Below, in pieces: positions 1 through 8,991 of a stretch of DNA of 64,000 nucleotides. Positions within the stretch are counted from its first letter, which is position 1, and every line of letters begins with the position of its first letter. The position numbers and the translations under genes were made by a program. Below the pieces are notes generated by a model. The model made no database searches and was not told where the DNA came from. It saw nothing but the letters and a program-made list of their open reading frames with translations. The stretch comes from a candidate division WOR-3 bacterium (GTDB lineage: Bacteria > Hydrothermota > Tepidihabitantia > Tepidihabitantales > Tepidihabitantaceae). The DNA is taken from positions 1 to 64,000 of the forward strand of contig CBFGIT010000013.1 in assembly GCA_965648905.1 (NCBI GenBank). The letters run 5' to 3'.

Positions 1-264
1 AATCCAGGCGTCGTAGGAGTATGTAACCGAGCCGGTCACCGTCACCATCAGTTTGTCACCGGGCATCAGGACGTACTCTTCGGAAATAATCGGGCTCTCG
101 ACCCCAACGAGCGAAGCGACCGGCGAAACGCCCAGTCCAAGCACGCTGGCGGCAGAAGGCGTCACGCCCGCGCCCGGGGCCATTCCGGTCGAAACCGCGC
201 CCTCCTGGGCAAACACGCTCAGGCCCAGCCCGAGCGCAAGAATCACTAGAAGTCGTCTAGGCAC
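1..264 (-). CDS. Polysaccharide export (Wza/KpsD-like) protein, 5' part only; runs off the left edge
   Basis: Own translation from GTG at 264: MPRRLLVILALGLGLSVFAQ (signal peptide) ... EEYVLMPGDKLMVTVTG, matching the Poly_export 'Y.l.pGD.l.i.v.g' motif. TTGACA-17-TAGAAT lies 5 nt upstream. Not in the ORF track because it is truncated. Confidence 0.7.
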   Translation of the reverse strand, partial: MPRRLLVILALGLGLSVFAQEGAVSTGMAPGAGVTPSAASVLGLGVSPVASLVGVESPIISEEYVLMPGDKLMVTVTGSVTYSYDAWI

Positions 265-294
265 GCGCCATTCTAGGAACAGCCGGCCCTGATG

Positions 295-2529
295 TCAATT
301 CGACCGGTTCGGGATGACCTGCACGAGCAGGCTTGCCAGCTTGGCTGCCCCGACCAGCGCGCCGGTCCAGAGGACGCCGTACACCGGCAGCAAGAAGAGC
401 GCAGTCAATAGTCCGCCGGCAAAGCCGCCAACAAGGTCAAGGCCGGTAAGTGTGCCCGTGCGTGCCGCAACCGTGCCCGTTCGGACCGCACCGGCAATCG
501 CGAACTGCAGGCCAAGGCAGCCCGCGGCCAGCAGCGCGATGAAGCCGAACGACAGCGCACTTCCTGCCCGGGTCAAGGCCGGCTGGACCACACAACAGGA
601 CACAAGCACCACCTCAGCCGCGATGAAAGGCATGGTCATACCGATGCGGGCAAACAACCTGCCGACCCAAGCCCCGGCGACCGTGCCGAGCATGAATACG
701 GCCAGCATCATTGTGACACCCGAGTAAGCTGAACCGTACCGAACCTGAAACCCGAACACAGTCATCGTCACGACCGATGCACCGGCAAGTCCCGAGATCA
801 TTATGGCAAACCCGTGCCGGAACCGGGTGTCGCCAAACCGCGCACCTGCCAGGCCGACTCCAAGAAGCACGACCAGCGCCAGCAGCAGCCAACTCGGCGA
901 CATCTGACCGATGCGCTCATACCAGCGTCCGAAGCCGGGCCAGGCAAGTCGATTCTGCCCCACGATGCTCAAGAACAGCTCGCGTGGCTCAAGCACACTG
1001 CTGATGACCCGCCTGCTCCGGTCTTGGCTCAACTCCTGTGCCAATGCCTGTGACCGGAAGTTACTGAGCAGGGCTGCGATGTAGCCCTCGTCAAGAACGT
1101 TGTTCTGAACGCCGGCTTGACGCAGTCGCGGCGCGAGCGTCTCCGGAGAGAGGCTCAACTGCCGGGCTGAGCCGAGCAGGAGCGGGCAGTCGGCTGAAAG
1201 CGCCTGCACGTTCGCAAACGCTGCGGCCATGGTTCGGTGCCGCAGACGCAGGATATCGGCAAGTTCGGGCGACAACCGGGCAACATCACCCGGTCCGGCC
1301 ACAGCAAACACGCCGCCATCAGCCAGCCGCTGCTGACACAGCCGGAAGAACTCAACCGTGAACAGCCTGCTGGCGGCAAGGTTCATCGGCTGCACCTCGA
1401 CCTGGACAATACAGTCATACTTCCCTTGGTCCGTAGCCATGAACCGCATCGGGTCAGCATGCACACACCTGACCCGACAGTCAGCCAGCTCGGATTTCAC
1501 CAGGCTACTGCCCGCGCTGACAGCGGCACGGGTTAGGAACTCATCAAGCTGCACCACGGTTACCTCGGCCACCGGATACTTGAGCGCCTCAGCAACGTAC
1601 CCGCCCAGAGCAGGCCCAACCAGCAGCACCCTCTTGGGATGGGGGTGTGCGAGCAGGCCAAACCCGACCAGTTCCTCGATTGCCGCCGGGTCAGAAGATG
1701 GGACGCTCATGACCGGCATGCCGTTGTAGAGCAGAACCCGCTGCTCAGCCCGGCGCAGGGAGACGAGCTTGCCGTAGGGCGAGTTGGCCACGGTAGTCAC
1801 CTGCTGGCCAGGCCAGGCCATTGCCGTTGTCCGGCGTTCGATTCCCGCCGCAGCGTAGGCCACAAGACCGCACAGACCGATGGTCATGGCACCAAACAGA
1901 ACCGGAATGGACCGGCGCTGCCCGGCGACCAGCGCAAACGCGAGCAGCGCGCCAGCACCGGCGACAATCGCCAGTGCTGGCGCTCGACTGACCAGGACAA
2001 GGGAAATGACCAGTCCGGCAATGCTGGTACCAAGACCTTCCAGCACGTATGCAGTGCCCGGGGCCTCAGGTCCGGTTCGACCCAGGTCAGTTCCCGGTCT
2101 GCTTGATTCCCGACCCAGTGCGGCAGCACAGGCGACAAACAAAACTCCATGCAGCCCTGCGGGCAGAAGCGCTACCGCGGCTGAGACGAGTACGACCTGG
2201 GGCAGACTGAACGTCTCGGCCGGAATCAGCCCGAGTACAGGACGGGCAAGGATTGGAGCGAGAACTGCAGCCATGCTGGCGAACGCCGACCCGATGCCAA
2301 AGGGAACAACCAGAGCCGCTGCCCGGTCATCAGGTATTTTGGCCGCGACCAAAGCACCTGACGACTCGAACAGAATCCAGACCGCGACTACAACCCCGAC
2401 CGTCAGCTCATTGCCGGCAAACACCGCCATCAGTTCGCGCATCAGCGAGACCTGAGCGGCAAAACCGAGCGCGCCGGCCGCCAGCAGCCTCAGTTGGGCC
2501 GGCCGGACAACTGCCCGCGAACATGCCAT
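295..2529 (-). CDS. Multi-pass membrane protein with a central spermidine-synthase-like SAM-binding domain (fused MFS/spermidine synthase type)
   Basis: Hydrophobic N- and C-terminal blocks; centre has SPYGKL, HPHPKRVLLVGPALGG, YDCIV and FTVEFF. Start moved to ATG 2529 because the track's TTG at 2562 is the -35 hexamer. Confidence 0.75.
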   Translation of the reverse strand: MACSRAVVRPAQLRLLAAGALGFAAQVSLMRELMAVFAGNELTVGVVVAVWILFESSGALVAAKIPDDRAAALVVPFGIGSAFASMAAVLAPILARPVLGLIPAETFSLPQVVLVSAAVALLPAGLHGVLFVACAAALGRESSRPGTDLGRTGPEAPGTAYVLEGLGTSIAGLVISLVLVSRAPALAIVAGAGALLAFALVAGQRRSIPVLFGAMTIGLCGLVAYAAAGIERRTTAMAWPGQQVTTVANSPYGKLVSLRRAEQRVLLYNGMPVMSVPSSDPAAIEELVGFGLLAHPHPKRVLLVGPALGGYVAEALKYPVAEVTVVQLDEFLTRAAVSAGSSLVKSELADCRVRCVHADPMRFMATDQGKYDCIVQVEVQPMNLAASRLFTVEFFRLCQQRLADGGVFAVAGPGDVARLSPELADILRLRHRTMAAAFANVQALSADCPLLLGSARQLSLSPETLAPRLRQAGVQNNVLDEGYIAALLSNFRSQALAQELSQDRSRRVISSVLEPRELFLSIVGQNRLAWPGFGRWYERIGQMSPSWLLLALVVLLGVGLAGARFGDTRFRHGFAIMISGLAGASVVTMTVFGFQVRYGSAYSGVTMMLAVFMLGTVAGAWVGRLFARIGMTMPFIAAEVVLVSCCVVQPALTRAGSALSFGFIALLAAGCLGLQFAIAGAVRTGTVAARTGTLTGLDLVGGFAGGLLTALFLLPVYGVLWTGALVGAAKLASLLVQVIPNRSN

Positions 2530-2652
2530 GCAACATCGTAGACCGACCAGCGGCTGAGTCAATCCCCTGCGCCGGCGACACCGTGCAACCGGCAGATGAA
2601 CATTCTGAGTGTGCCGCGGTTGACGCTACCCCGGCACGGCGTAGAATCACCC

Positions 2653-3108
2653 GTGCGTGAACTGAAGGTGCTCAGGAAAGACCTGCTCTTTGCCCTTGAC
2701 AACCGGGCCGAGGGCATACCCCACTATCTCGACACTGAGACCGGTGAAGTCGTACCCGTGTTCAGCTACAATCGGGACCGGTTGCTCGGTGAGTTCCGGG
2801 CCGTGCCCGGCCGCTACGTCCGCGTCGCGCCTCTATCCGGTCGCCAAGGGTACGCGGCGATGGAAGAGTTCGTCCGCACCGTTGCCAATCTGCCGCTCCA
2901 GTCACGCCTGACCGCGGCACTTCAGAGCGAAAACGTCTTCCGCAACTTCCGGGCTGCGCTCGCCGACTATCCTGAGGAACTCACCCGCTGGCGTCACTTC
3001 CGAACCGACGCAGTGACGCAGGGACTGAAGGACCGGCTCAAGGAACTGGGCATCGAGCTTGTCCTTGTATCCGAAGACACTAAGCCTGCCCCGTCAGGGC
3101 AGGACTAG
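2653..3108 (+). CDS. UPF0158 family protein
   Basis: 'HYLDTETGEV', 'GYAAMEEFV' and 'FRNFRAAL...W..FR' are typical of UPF0158. GTG start 5 nt after TTGACG-16-TAGAAT. Confidence 0.75.
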   Translation: MRELKVLRKDLLFALDNRAEGIPHYLDTETGEVVPVFSYNRDRLLGEFRAVPGRYVRVAPLSGRQGYAAMEEFVRTVANLPLQSRLTAALQSENVFRNFRAALADYPEELTRWRHFRTDAVTQGLKDRLKELGIELVLVSEDTKPAPSGQD

Positions 3109-5085
3109 ACTGACGGTCTGCTGCTCGCGGCCGGCAACCAGTCGCACGAAGTAGACACCCGGCCCCAGACCGACCCCGCGGTCATCGGCAAGACTCCAAT
3201 CCACAACCGAGCGTCCGGCCGGCATCGGACCGCGCACCAGCGTACGCACAAGCCGGCCGGCGCGGTCTATGACCTCAAGCCTGACATCTGCCGAGGCCGG
3301 CAGTTCGAGGTTCAGGCGCACCGAGCCGCAGGCCGGATTGGTGCCGACAACCCGCAGCCGCGCCGCCGTCACACCGTGATTCTCCTCGATGCCGACGGTA
3401 ACGGTATGCTGGTCGAGCAGCCACTCGTTCGGGTCAAATTCGACCGCGGTCGGCTGCGCCCGAACCGGGAACTCAACGCGCTGCGGGTTTGCGGTCACGT
3501 CGAACCGAACCAGTGTATCGCCCGCGGCGAACTGCACTCTGACCTCGACCGGCATGTGGAAGCAGGTCGGCGCACCGGACATGTTATTCTGGCTCAGGTT
3601 GAGCACAACCGACCAGTTGTCGCCCGACTGCCGTGACTGCCAACCCATGGTGTAGCGCGGATAGCCGAGCTGGTAGACCCATTCGTTGAAAAACCAGCCC
3701 AGGTCCAAGCCGGTCACGCCTTCGGCGATGCGCCGGTAGTCCTCGGTGATGGCGTTGCCGTACCGCAGGCTGTCACCGTAGGCGCGCAGCACCCGGAAGA
3801 ACATGCCCGGCGCGGCCCAGCTCGTGTCGCCGAGCACATAGCGGAGCATGTGCTGCACCCACGCGCCCTTGCAGTACGAGTGGCCCCAGTCGAACTCATG
3901 CCCGGCCGGCGGGTCGTAAATCGGATGCGGGTCGCTTGCTTCTTCGCTGAAATAGTCGTCCGCCCGGGAGCGTATCATCGAGAGGAACGACGAACGGCCC
4001 TGGTAGTGGTACTGGTACAGCTCATCCGAATAGGTGGCGAAGCCCTCGTTCAACCAGATGTTCCGCCAGTCAAGACACGTCACCATGTCGCCCCACCACT
4101 GATGGGACAACTCATGTACGATACCGTTGACCGAACCTGAACGCGCCCACTGGCGGTGAATCGTGGTCATGGTCTGGTGCTCCATACCGCCCCAGGGATA
4201 CGGGTAGACCGCAACCATGCCGTATTTCTCTTGAAAGAACGGGTAGAGTCCGTAGCGGTTCGGCTGGGACAGGAACGTGAGCATGTCACTCATGCGCGAG
4301 AAGTTGTTCGCGGCCAGGCTTGAGTCCTCAGGCCAGACGTAGTAGCGCACCGGCATTGAGTCGCCGTCGTGCACCCACCAGACCTGCCAGTTGGTGAACA
4401 CTGACGCGGCAAAGCACATGAGATAAGTCGAAATCGGAGAACGGTGGCTCCACCAGTAGGTCTTGGTCGACGCGCCGACGGTCACCGAGTCCAGCGTACC
4501 ATTGGCACAGGCCGACATCGAATCCGGGACCGTGACGTTGATTTGACACCCCTGCTCGGCCTTGTCCCAGGGCTGGTCAAAACACGGGAACCAGTAGCGT
4601 GAATCATCAGTCTCGGTCACCGAATACGCCACGGCATGAGGAATGTTCTGAGTACCGCGCGCATACCAGTAGAAGCCGCGGTTGGTAGTGCCTGAGTTGC
4701 GGCGGTAGAATACATCAACCGCCAGCGTCTCGCCGTTGGCGAACAGGCGGTCGAGGGTGACGAGCAGTCGTCCGCTTCCGGTCGTGAAAGTGCAGACATT
4801 GCCGGCGCGTCGGATTGAGTCACAGACCAGGTTGACGAAATGCAGGCTGAACGTGTCGAAGCTGTCGTGACGCGGAATCAGCCTGACCCGGCACCGGGCG
4901 TTCATCGCGCCCGAGGTCATCGGCAGGTTCAGGTCGATCCGGTAGTGCCGGACGTCAAAGTGGTGAGTCGATTCGCGGTCGGTCGGCTCAGGCCCTGGAA
5001 ACAGGGCGTACTTGCCCTCGTGAAACAACTGGGCTGAGGCGACGGCCGCAAGCACCATGGTCAGACTGAGAATTGTGGTCTTCAC
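3094..5085 (-). CDS. Secreted M1-family aminopeptidase with C-terminal FlgD/T9SS-like sorting domain
   Basis: GGMEH exopeptidase motif, HELSH...WLNEGFATY zinc motif, signal peptide after SD AAGGA and GTG 5085, C-terminal GVYFVRL. Confidence 0.9.
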   Translation of the reverse strand: MKTTILSLTMVLAAVASAQLFHEGKYALFPGPEPTDRESTHHFDVRHYRIDLNLPMTSGAMNARCRVRLIPRHDSFDTFSLHFVNLVCDSIRRAGNVCTFTTGSGRLLVTLDRLFANGETLAVDVFYRRNSGTTNRGFYWYARGTQNIPHAVAYSVTETDDSRYWFPCFDQPWDKAEQGCQINVTVPDSMSACANGTLDSVTVGASTKTYWWSHRSPISTYLMCFAASVFTNWQVWWVHDGDSMPVRYYVWPEDSSLAANNFSRMSDMLTFLSQPNRYGLYPFFQEKYGMVAVYPYPWGGMEHQTMTTIHRQWARSGSVNGIVHELSHQWWGDMVTCLDWRNIWLNEGFATYSDELYQYHYQGRSSFLSMIRSRADDYFSEEASDPHPIYDPPAGHEFDWGHSYCKGAWVQHMLRYVLGDTSWAAPGMFFRVLRAYGDSLRYGNAITEDYRRIAEGVTGLDLGWFFNEWVYQLGYPRYTMGWQSRQSGDNWSVVLNLSQNNMSGAPTCFHMPVEVRVQFAAGDTLVRFDVTANPQRVEFPVRAQPTAVEFDPNEWLLDQHTVTVGIEENHGVTAARLRVVGTNPACGSVRLNLELPASADVRLEVIDRAGRLVRTLVRGPMPAGRSVVDWSLADDRGVGLGPGVYFVRLVAGREQQTVSLVLP

Positions 5086-5303
5086 GTTGTCCTTTCGTGT
5101 GGATGGCGATACCGCCCGAGAAGATATTCTAGGTCTGCATCTGAGCGAAGTCAAACCACTGAGCGAGTTTCCCGCAGCCTGGAGCGGACTGCCCGCCATC
5201 TCCTCGGCTGGAGCAACGACCGCACTTGACAGCCACGTCCTGCAGCCTAACATCTATCGATGGCAGTGGTCTATTGCTGACGTCAAGCCAAAGGAGGAAC
5301 GAG

Positions 5304-5753
5304 ATGAATCATATGCTGACTCTCTTGGCCCTGGTCGTGGTCGCTGCCGGCTGCGGGCGTGACAAGAACCGCGTCCCGGGCGGACCGAAAACACCATCAG
5401 TCGTGCAGGCCACACTGGCTGAGCCTGAAACGCTGCCCGCATCGCTCACCTACCCTGGTTCGGTAGAAGTGTCTCATTCTGTCCAGTCGGGTGAGCATTC
5501 GACCACAACGACCTTCATCTGCGGGACTTCTGATTCCCTGCCAGCCGTGGCTGCGCTCTACCAGCAGGCGCTGGCCGACAGCAGCGAGCTGAGCGGCAGT
5601 GCGTCAGGCCGAATGGCGACGTTTGAGATGTCGTCTGTGGACGGCCGCCCCGGTACCCATATCGTGCTCCACCGGCAGGACTCAGGAACTGCGATCCTCA
5701 TCATGCGCTGGCACTGCCACAGCCCTTCCGGCTTTGCCCGCAGACACGGGTAG
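5304..5753 (+). CDS. Hypothetical lipoprotein
   Basis: Strong SD AAGGAGG, ATG 5304, lipobox VAAGC. Confidence 0.6.
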   Translation: MNHMLTLLALVVVAAGCGRDKNRVPGGPKTPSVVQATLAEPETLPASLTYPGSVEVSHSVQSGEHSTTTTFICGTSDSLPAVAALYQQALADSSELSGSASGRMATFEMSSVDGRPGTHIVLHRQDSGTAILIMRWHCHSPSGFARRHG

Positions 5754-5780
5754 CTGTCACACAATGAAGGAGATAGAGAC

Positions 5781-6836
5781 ATGAAAGGATATGGATGCAC
5801 GGTTCTCGTTCTAGCCGGTCTGCTGCTTCTGCCATTGAGCCTGAACGCCAATCCGGTCATCGTGAACTGGGTTGGGTACGCTCCGGCTGAGCCGTGGCAG
5901 CCCGGCCAGGTGATTGACGACAGCCTGGTCCGACTCGACCTCGAAATCCTCGCGCGGCACGGCTTCCGGGGTCTTGTCACCTACGGCACGCTCGATTCGC
6001 TCTGCGTCGTTCCGCGCCTTGCTCGCAACATCGGGTTCCAGCATGTTGTGATGGGCGTCTGGATTGACTCAGATACCGCGGCCAACCGTCAGGGCATCGA
6101 GCTCGCGATTGGGCATCACCAGTACGCCGATGCAATCTGCGTCGGCAATGAGGCGCTCTTCTTCAACCGGGTAGATACGAACTACCTGAGATGGGCGATC
6201 GACACGGTCCGTGCTGCGACCGGCAAACCGGTGACGACATCTGAGCACTGGACCAAGTACCTGCAGCCGGGCTACGCTGCCTGGCTCCAGCGCAACAGCG
6301 ACTTCCTGTTTCCCATCATGAACCCGACTGACAACGGCATTACCAACCCGGACTCAGGCGTTGCCTGGGTCATCCGGACATACGAAAGAATCGTCTCTGC
6401 GGCCGGTGACAGCATGGAAGTGCTGATTAAGGAAGCCGGGTGGCCAACGTGGAGCGATAGCGCACAACAGCGAGTCTGGGCCAACGAAGGCAATCAATGC
6501 AGTTTCTTCCAGCAGTTGTCATTCTGGCAGCAGGACACGATGAAATACTTCTGCTTTGAGGCGTTTGACCAGTGGTGGAAGAACTGGGACCCGACCCAGC
6601 GCTACTGGGGCCTGTTTGACTCGGGTCGCAGACCCAAGCTCTATGTCTACAGCATTGGAGTCAAGGAGTCTGGTTCAACCAGAGGCCGGACGTCGACCGA
6701 TGCCCTGTTCAGCCCCAGCCAGAACGACCTGTATGATATCACCGGCAGTCGGCGGTCGGCGCAACAGGCCCGGCCCGGGGTCTACTTCCTGAAGCCCGAG
6801 TCAGGTCGGTTCCGCAAGGTTCTCGTGGTGCGCTGA
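5781..6836 (+). CDS. Secreted GH17-like beta-1,3-glucanase with short C-terminal sorting domain
   Basis: VGNEAL acid/base motif, PVTTSE, IKEAGWP nucleophile motif, FEAFDQWWK, YWGLFD; signal peptide; GVYFLK...KVLVVR tail. Confidence 0.8.
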   Translation: MKGYGCTVLVLAGLLLLPLSLNANPVIVNWVGYAPAEPWQPGQVIDDSLVRLDLEILARHGFRGLVTYGTLDSLCVVPRLARNIGFQHVVMGVWIDSDTAANRQGIELAIGHHQYADAICVGNEALFFNRVDTNYLRWAIDTVRAATGKPVTTSEHWTKYLQPGYAAWLQRNSDFLFPIMNPTDNGITNPDSGVAWVIRTYERIVSAAGDSMEVLIKEAGWPTWSDSAQQRVWANEGNQCSFFQQLSFWQQDTMKYFCFEAFDQWWKNWDPTQRYWGLFDSGRRPKLYVYSIGVKESGSTRGRTSTDALFSPSQNDLYDITGSRRSAQQARPGVYFLKPESGRFRKVLVVR

Positions 6837-6840
6837 CCTT

Positions 6841-8106
6841 CTACCTGGTCTCTCCCTGGTAGCGCGCGGCCGCGTCGTCCAAGGCCTGCTTTGGGGTCTT
6901 GGCACCAAGCATCGCCTGTTCGAGCTCCTCGACCAAGGCCTTTCTCCCGGCCAGCCATTTAAGGCCCCTAGGCTCGAATACGGCGCAGTCCATCTGGCCG
7001 TAGGCAGCACGAAGGCCGGGCGTCTTGTCCAGTCGTTCCTTGATGCGCGGGTCTTCAAGACAGCAACGGTGTATCGGCACGTACCATGTGCCCAGAGACC
7101 AGAGCACCTGCTGCTCCGGGCTGATGAACCACTTGATGAACTTCCAGGCTGCGGCCTTCTCCTCGGGTTTGGCCTGCCGGAACATACCGATGTTGGTGCC
7201 GTAGACAATCGCCGCGGGTTTGTCCCAGATGGGAATCGGCGCCATACCGACCTGGAATGTCTCCTTGTCCACAACCGGAGCCCGCCAGGTCGAGCTACCG
7301 GTCAAGCATGCCATCCGGCCGACGAGGAAGTCGTCCATCGGGGTCCGGCCGACATCGGTGTTCTGGGTCTTGTCCTGAAGCACCATGTCGACCTGGAACT
7401 GAAGTGCAGCGACACCCAGAGGGCTGTTGAACTCAGCCGGGCCATCCTCTTCACTGACAAACCGGCCGCCTTTCTGGAACAGCATTGAGCCGAATATCCA
7501 GATATCGGTGCCGCCAGCCGCGCCCCAGACTTCAACGTTGCCTTTCTCATCGCGCCGGGTGAGTTTCCGGGCCGCGTCGCGGAACTCAGGCCAGGTCTTC
7601 GGGAACTCCTCGTACCCTGCTGAGCGGAACATCGGCACGTTGTAGTAGTAGACCGGCACGGACTTGTTGAACGGCAGGGTGAGCAGCTTGCCGTCCCATG
7701 AGTTGTTCGCAAGCAAGGCCGGATAGATGTCGGCCAGTTCCTCAGGCGCAAGCCCGTCCGGCCCGTGCACGAAACTGTCGAGGTAGACCAGCTCGCCGCT
7801 GTGGTGGAGCTGCGCGGTCCAGTTCTCGTACTGCTGGGCAATGGTCGGCGGGTTCTTCGCCGCCACTGCGCCCATCAGCTTCTGCGACAGCGCATCATAG
7901 TTGCCCATGCCGACCAGCTCGACATGAATGTTCGGGTGCTTGTGCTCGAAGCTGTCAACCATCGCCTTCAAGGTCTTCTGCGATTCGCCGCCCATCGCAT
8001 GCCAGAAGGTGACAGTAACTTTCGACGAACGGGAAGAGCACGAAGTAAGAAGGCAGAAGGCAGAAGTCAGAAGGGAGAGTGCGCCGCCGCGGATAGCGTG
8101 AGTCAT
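6841..8106 (-). CDS. ABC transporter substrate-binding lipoprotein (sugar/UgpB-like, family 1)
   Basis: Lipobox LTSC, VTFWHAMGG, LPFNKSVPVYYYN, PKTW.E, AAWKFIKW. Confidence 0.85.
   Translation of the reverse strand: MTHAIRGGALSLLTSAFCLLTSCSSRSSKVTVTFWHAMGGESQKTLKAMVDSFEHKHPNIHVELVGMGNYDALSQKLMGAVAAKNPPTIAQQYENWTAQLHHSGELVYLDSFVHGPDGLAPEELADIYPALLANNSWDGKLLTLPFNKSVPVYYYNVPMFRSAGYEEFPKTWPEFRDAARKLTRRDEKGNVEVWGAAGGTDIWIFGSMLFQKGGRFVSEEDGPAEFNSPLGVAALQFQVDMVLQDKTQNTDVGRTPMDDFLVGRMACLTGSSTWRAPVVDKETFQVGMAPIPIWDKPAAIVYGTNIGMFRQAKPEEKAAAWKFIKWFISPEQQVLWSLGTWYVPIHRCCLEDPRIKERLDKTPGLRAAYGQMDCAVFEPRGLKWLAGRKALVEELEQAMLGAKTPKQALDDAAARYQGETR
8043..8075 (+). repeat. Degenerate heptamer tandem repeat (GGCAGAA/GTCAGAA) inside the signal peptide of the ABC binding protein
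   Basis: gtaagaa ggcagaa ggcagaa gtcagaa ggg, read directly. Confidence 0.7.
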
Positions 8107-8136
8107 GGTTCTATTGTAGATTGGCCGACCAGGGTG

Positions 8137-8988
8137 TCAATGCGGCGGGGTGAAGTGCAGCGTGGTCTCGGCGATGCAGGCCGAGCCGAATACGCCGACC
8201 GCGCCGTCAAGGTGCATCAGATTGTCGCCCGCCCCCTGTCCGCCCCAACGCATGATGAAGTAGTCGTCGTAGTTCCGGTCTAGGGCCCACACTCGGAACT
8301 GCATCCGGTCGAGAAACAGGGTATCCTGTCCGGTGCGGTCGGGCACGTACGCGCCGAACCAGGTCTCACCCTCGCGCCCCATCGGGACATAGGGGCCATC
8401 ACGCAGGCACAGGGTCTCGCTCGCACCGCTGTAGCGTATCTCTGCCGCCAGCAGATAGCCACTTGCGCCTCGGCTTGCACTCCACCGGGCCCGGGCGCAG
8501 AACTCGTACATATAGACCCCCGGTTCAATTTCCCAGCGCTGCGTGTCGGTCTGGATTGATACGATGGTGAACGTATCGGGAACCACGGTCGTACCCGATA
8601 CTTTCTGCCCTTCAGGATAGTACACGGACAGCGTGTAGGTGTCGCGCGGAACGACGAGTAGTGAATCGGTGATGTAACGTCCTGCCGAATCGGGCAGCGG
8701 CTGCAGGACCAGTCGCTCACCGTTGTGACCAATCTCGACCACGGCCCCGCTCACGCCCTGCCAGTCGTCAGACTCTGAAACCGAGTCTTCATAACTCCGG
8801 GTCATGCCGCACAGGACCCGGGTCGTGTCGCGGTCCGGACGCAACAGGCAGTAGACGTTCGGCTCAGGCTTGTACTCGTCCGGCGTGCTGTCGCAGGCCG
8901 CTGCGAGCAATACCGCAGCGAGAATCAGCCAGTGGGTAACCCGGACTTTCTGCGTTCTGCATTCTCGATTCTGCCTTCTGACTTCCAT
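8137..8988 (-). CDS. DUF4249-like lipoprotein, partner of the TonB-dependent receptor
   Basis: Lipobox LAAAC; 'G.Y...pG.tY.L.V....g..vsg.T.vP' pattern; C-terminal GAVGVFGS; starts 3 nt after the TBDR stop. Confidence 0.65.
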   Translation of the reverse strand: MEVRRQNRECRTQKVRVTHWLILAAVLLAAACDSTPDEYKPEPNVYCLLRPDRDTTRVLCGMTRSYEDSVSESDDWQGVSGAVVEIGHNGERLVLQPLPDSAGRYITDSLLVVPRDTYTLSVYYPEGQKVSGTTVVPDTFTIVSIQTDTQRWEIEPGVYMYEFCARARWSASRGASGYLLAAEIRYSGASETLCLRDGPYVPMGREGETWFGAYVPDRTGQDTLFLDRMQFRVWALDRNYDDYFIMRWGGQGAGDNLMHLDGAVGVFGSACIAETTLHFTPPH

Positions 8989-8990
8989 TC
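8946..8990 (-). repeat. Degenerate heptamer tandem repeat (NNCAGAA) at the 5' end of the DUF4249-like gene
   Basis: + strand reads ttctgcg ttctgca ttctcga ttctgcc ttctgac ttccatt, the inverse orientation of the 8043 array. Confidence 0.7.
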
Positions 8991-8991
8991 C

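Noticed and set aside
2529..2562. ORF-track starts at TTG giving 'MT...' (2562, 5226, 25272, 56397, 58846)
   Set aside because: These TTGs are the first bases of -35 TTGAC hexamers; the real starts lie downstream.
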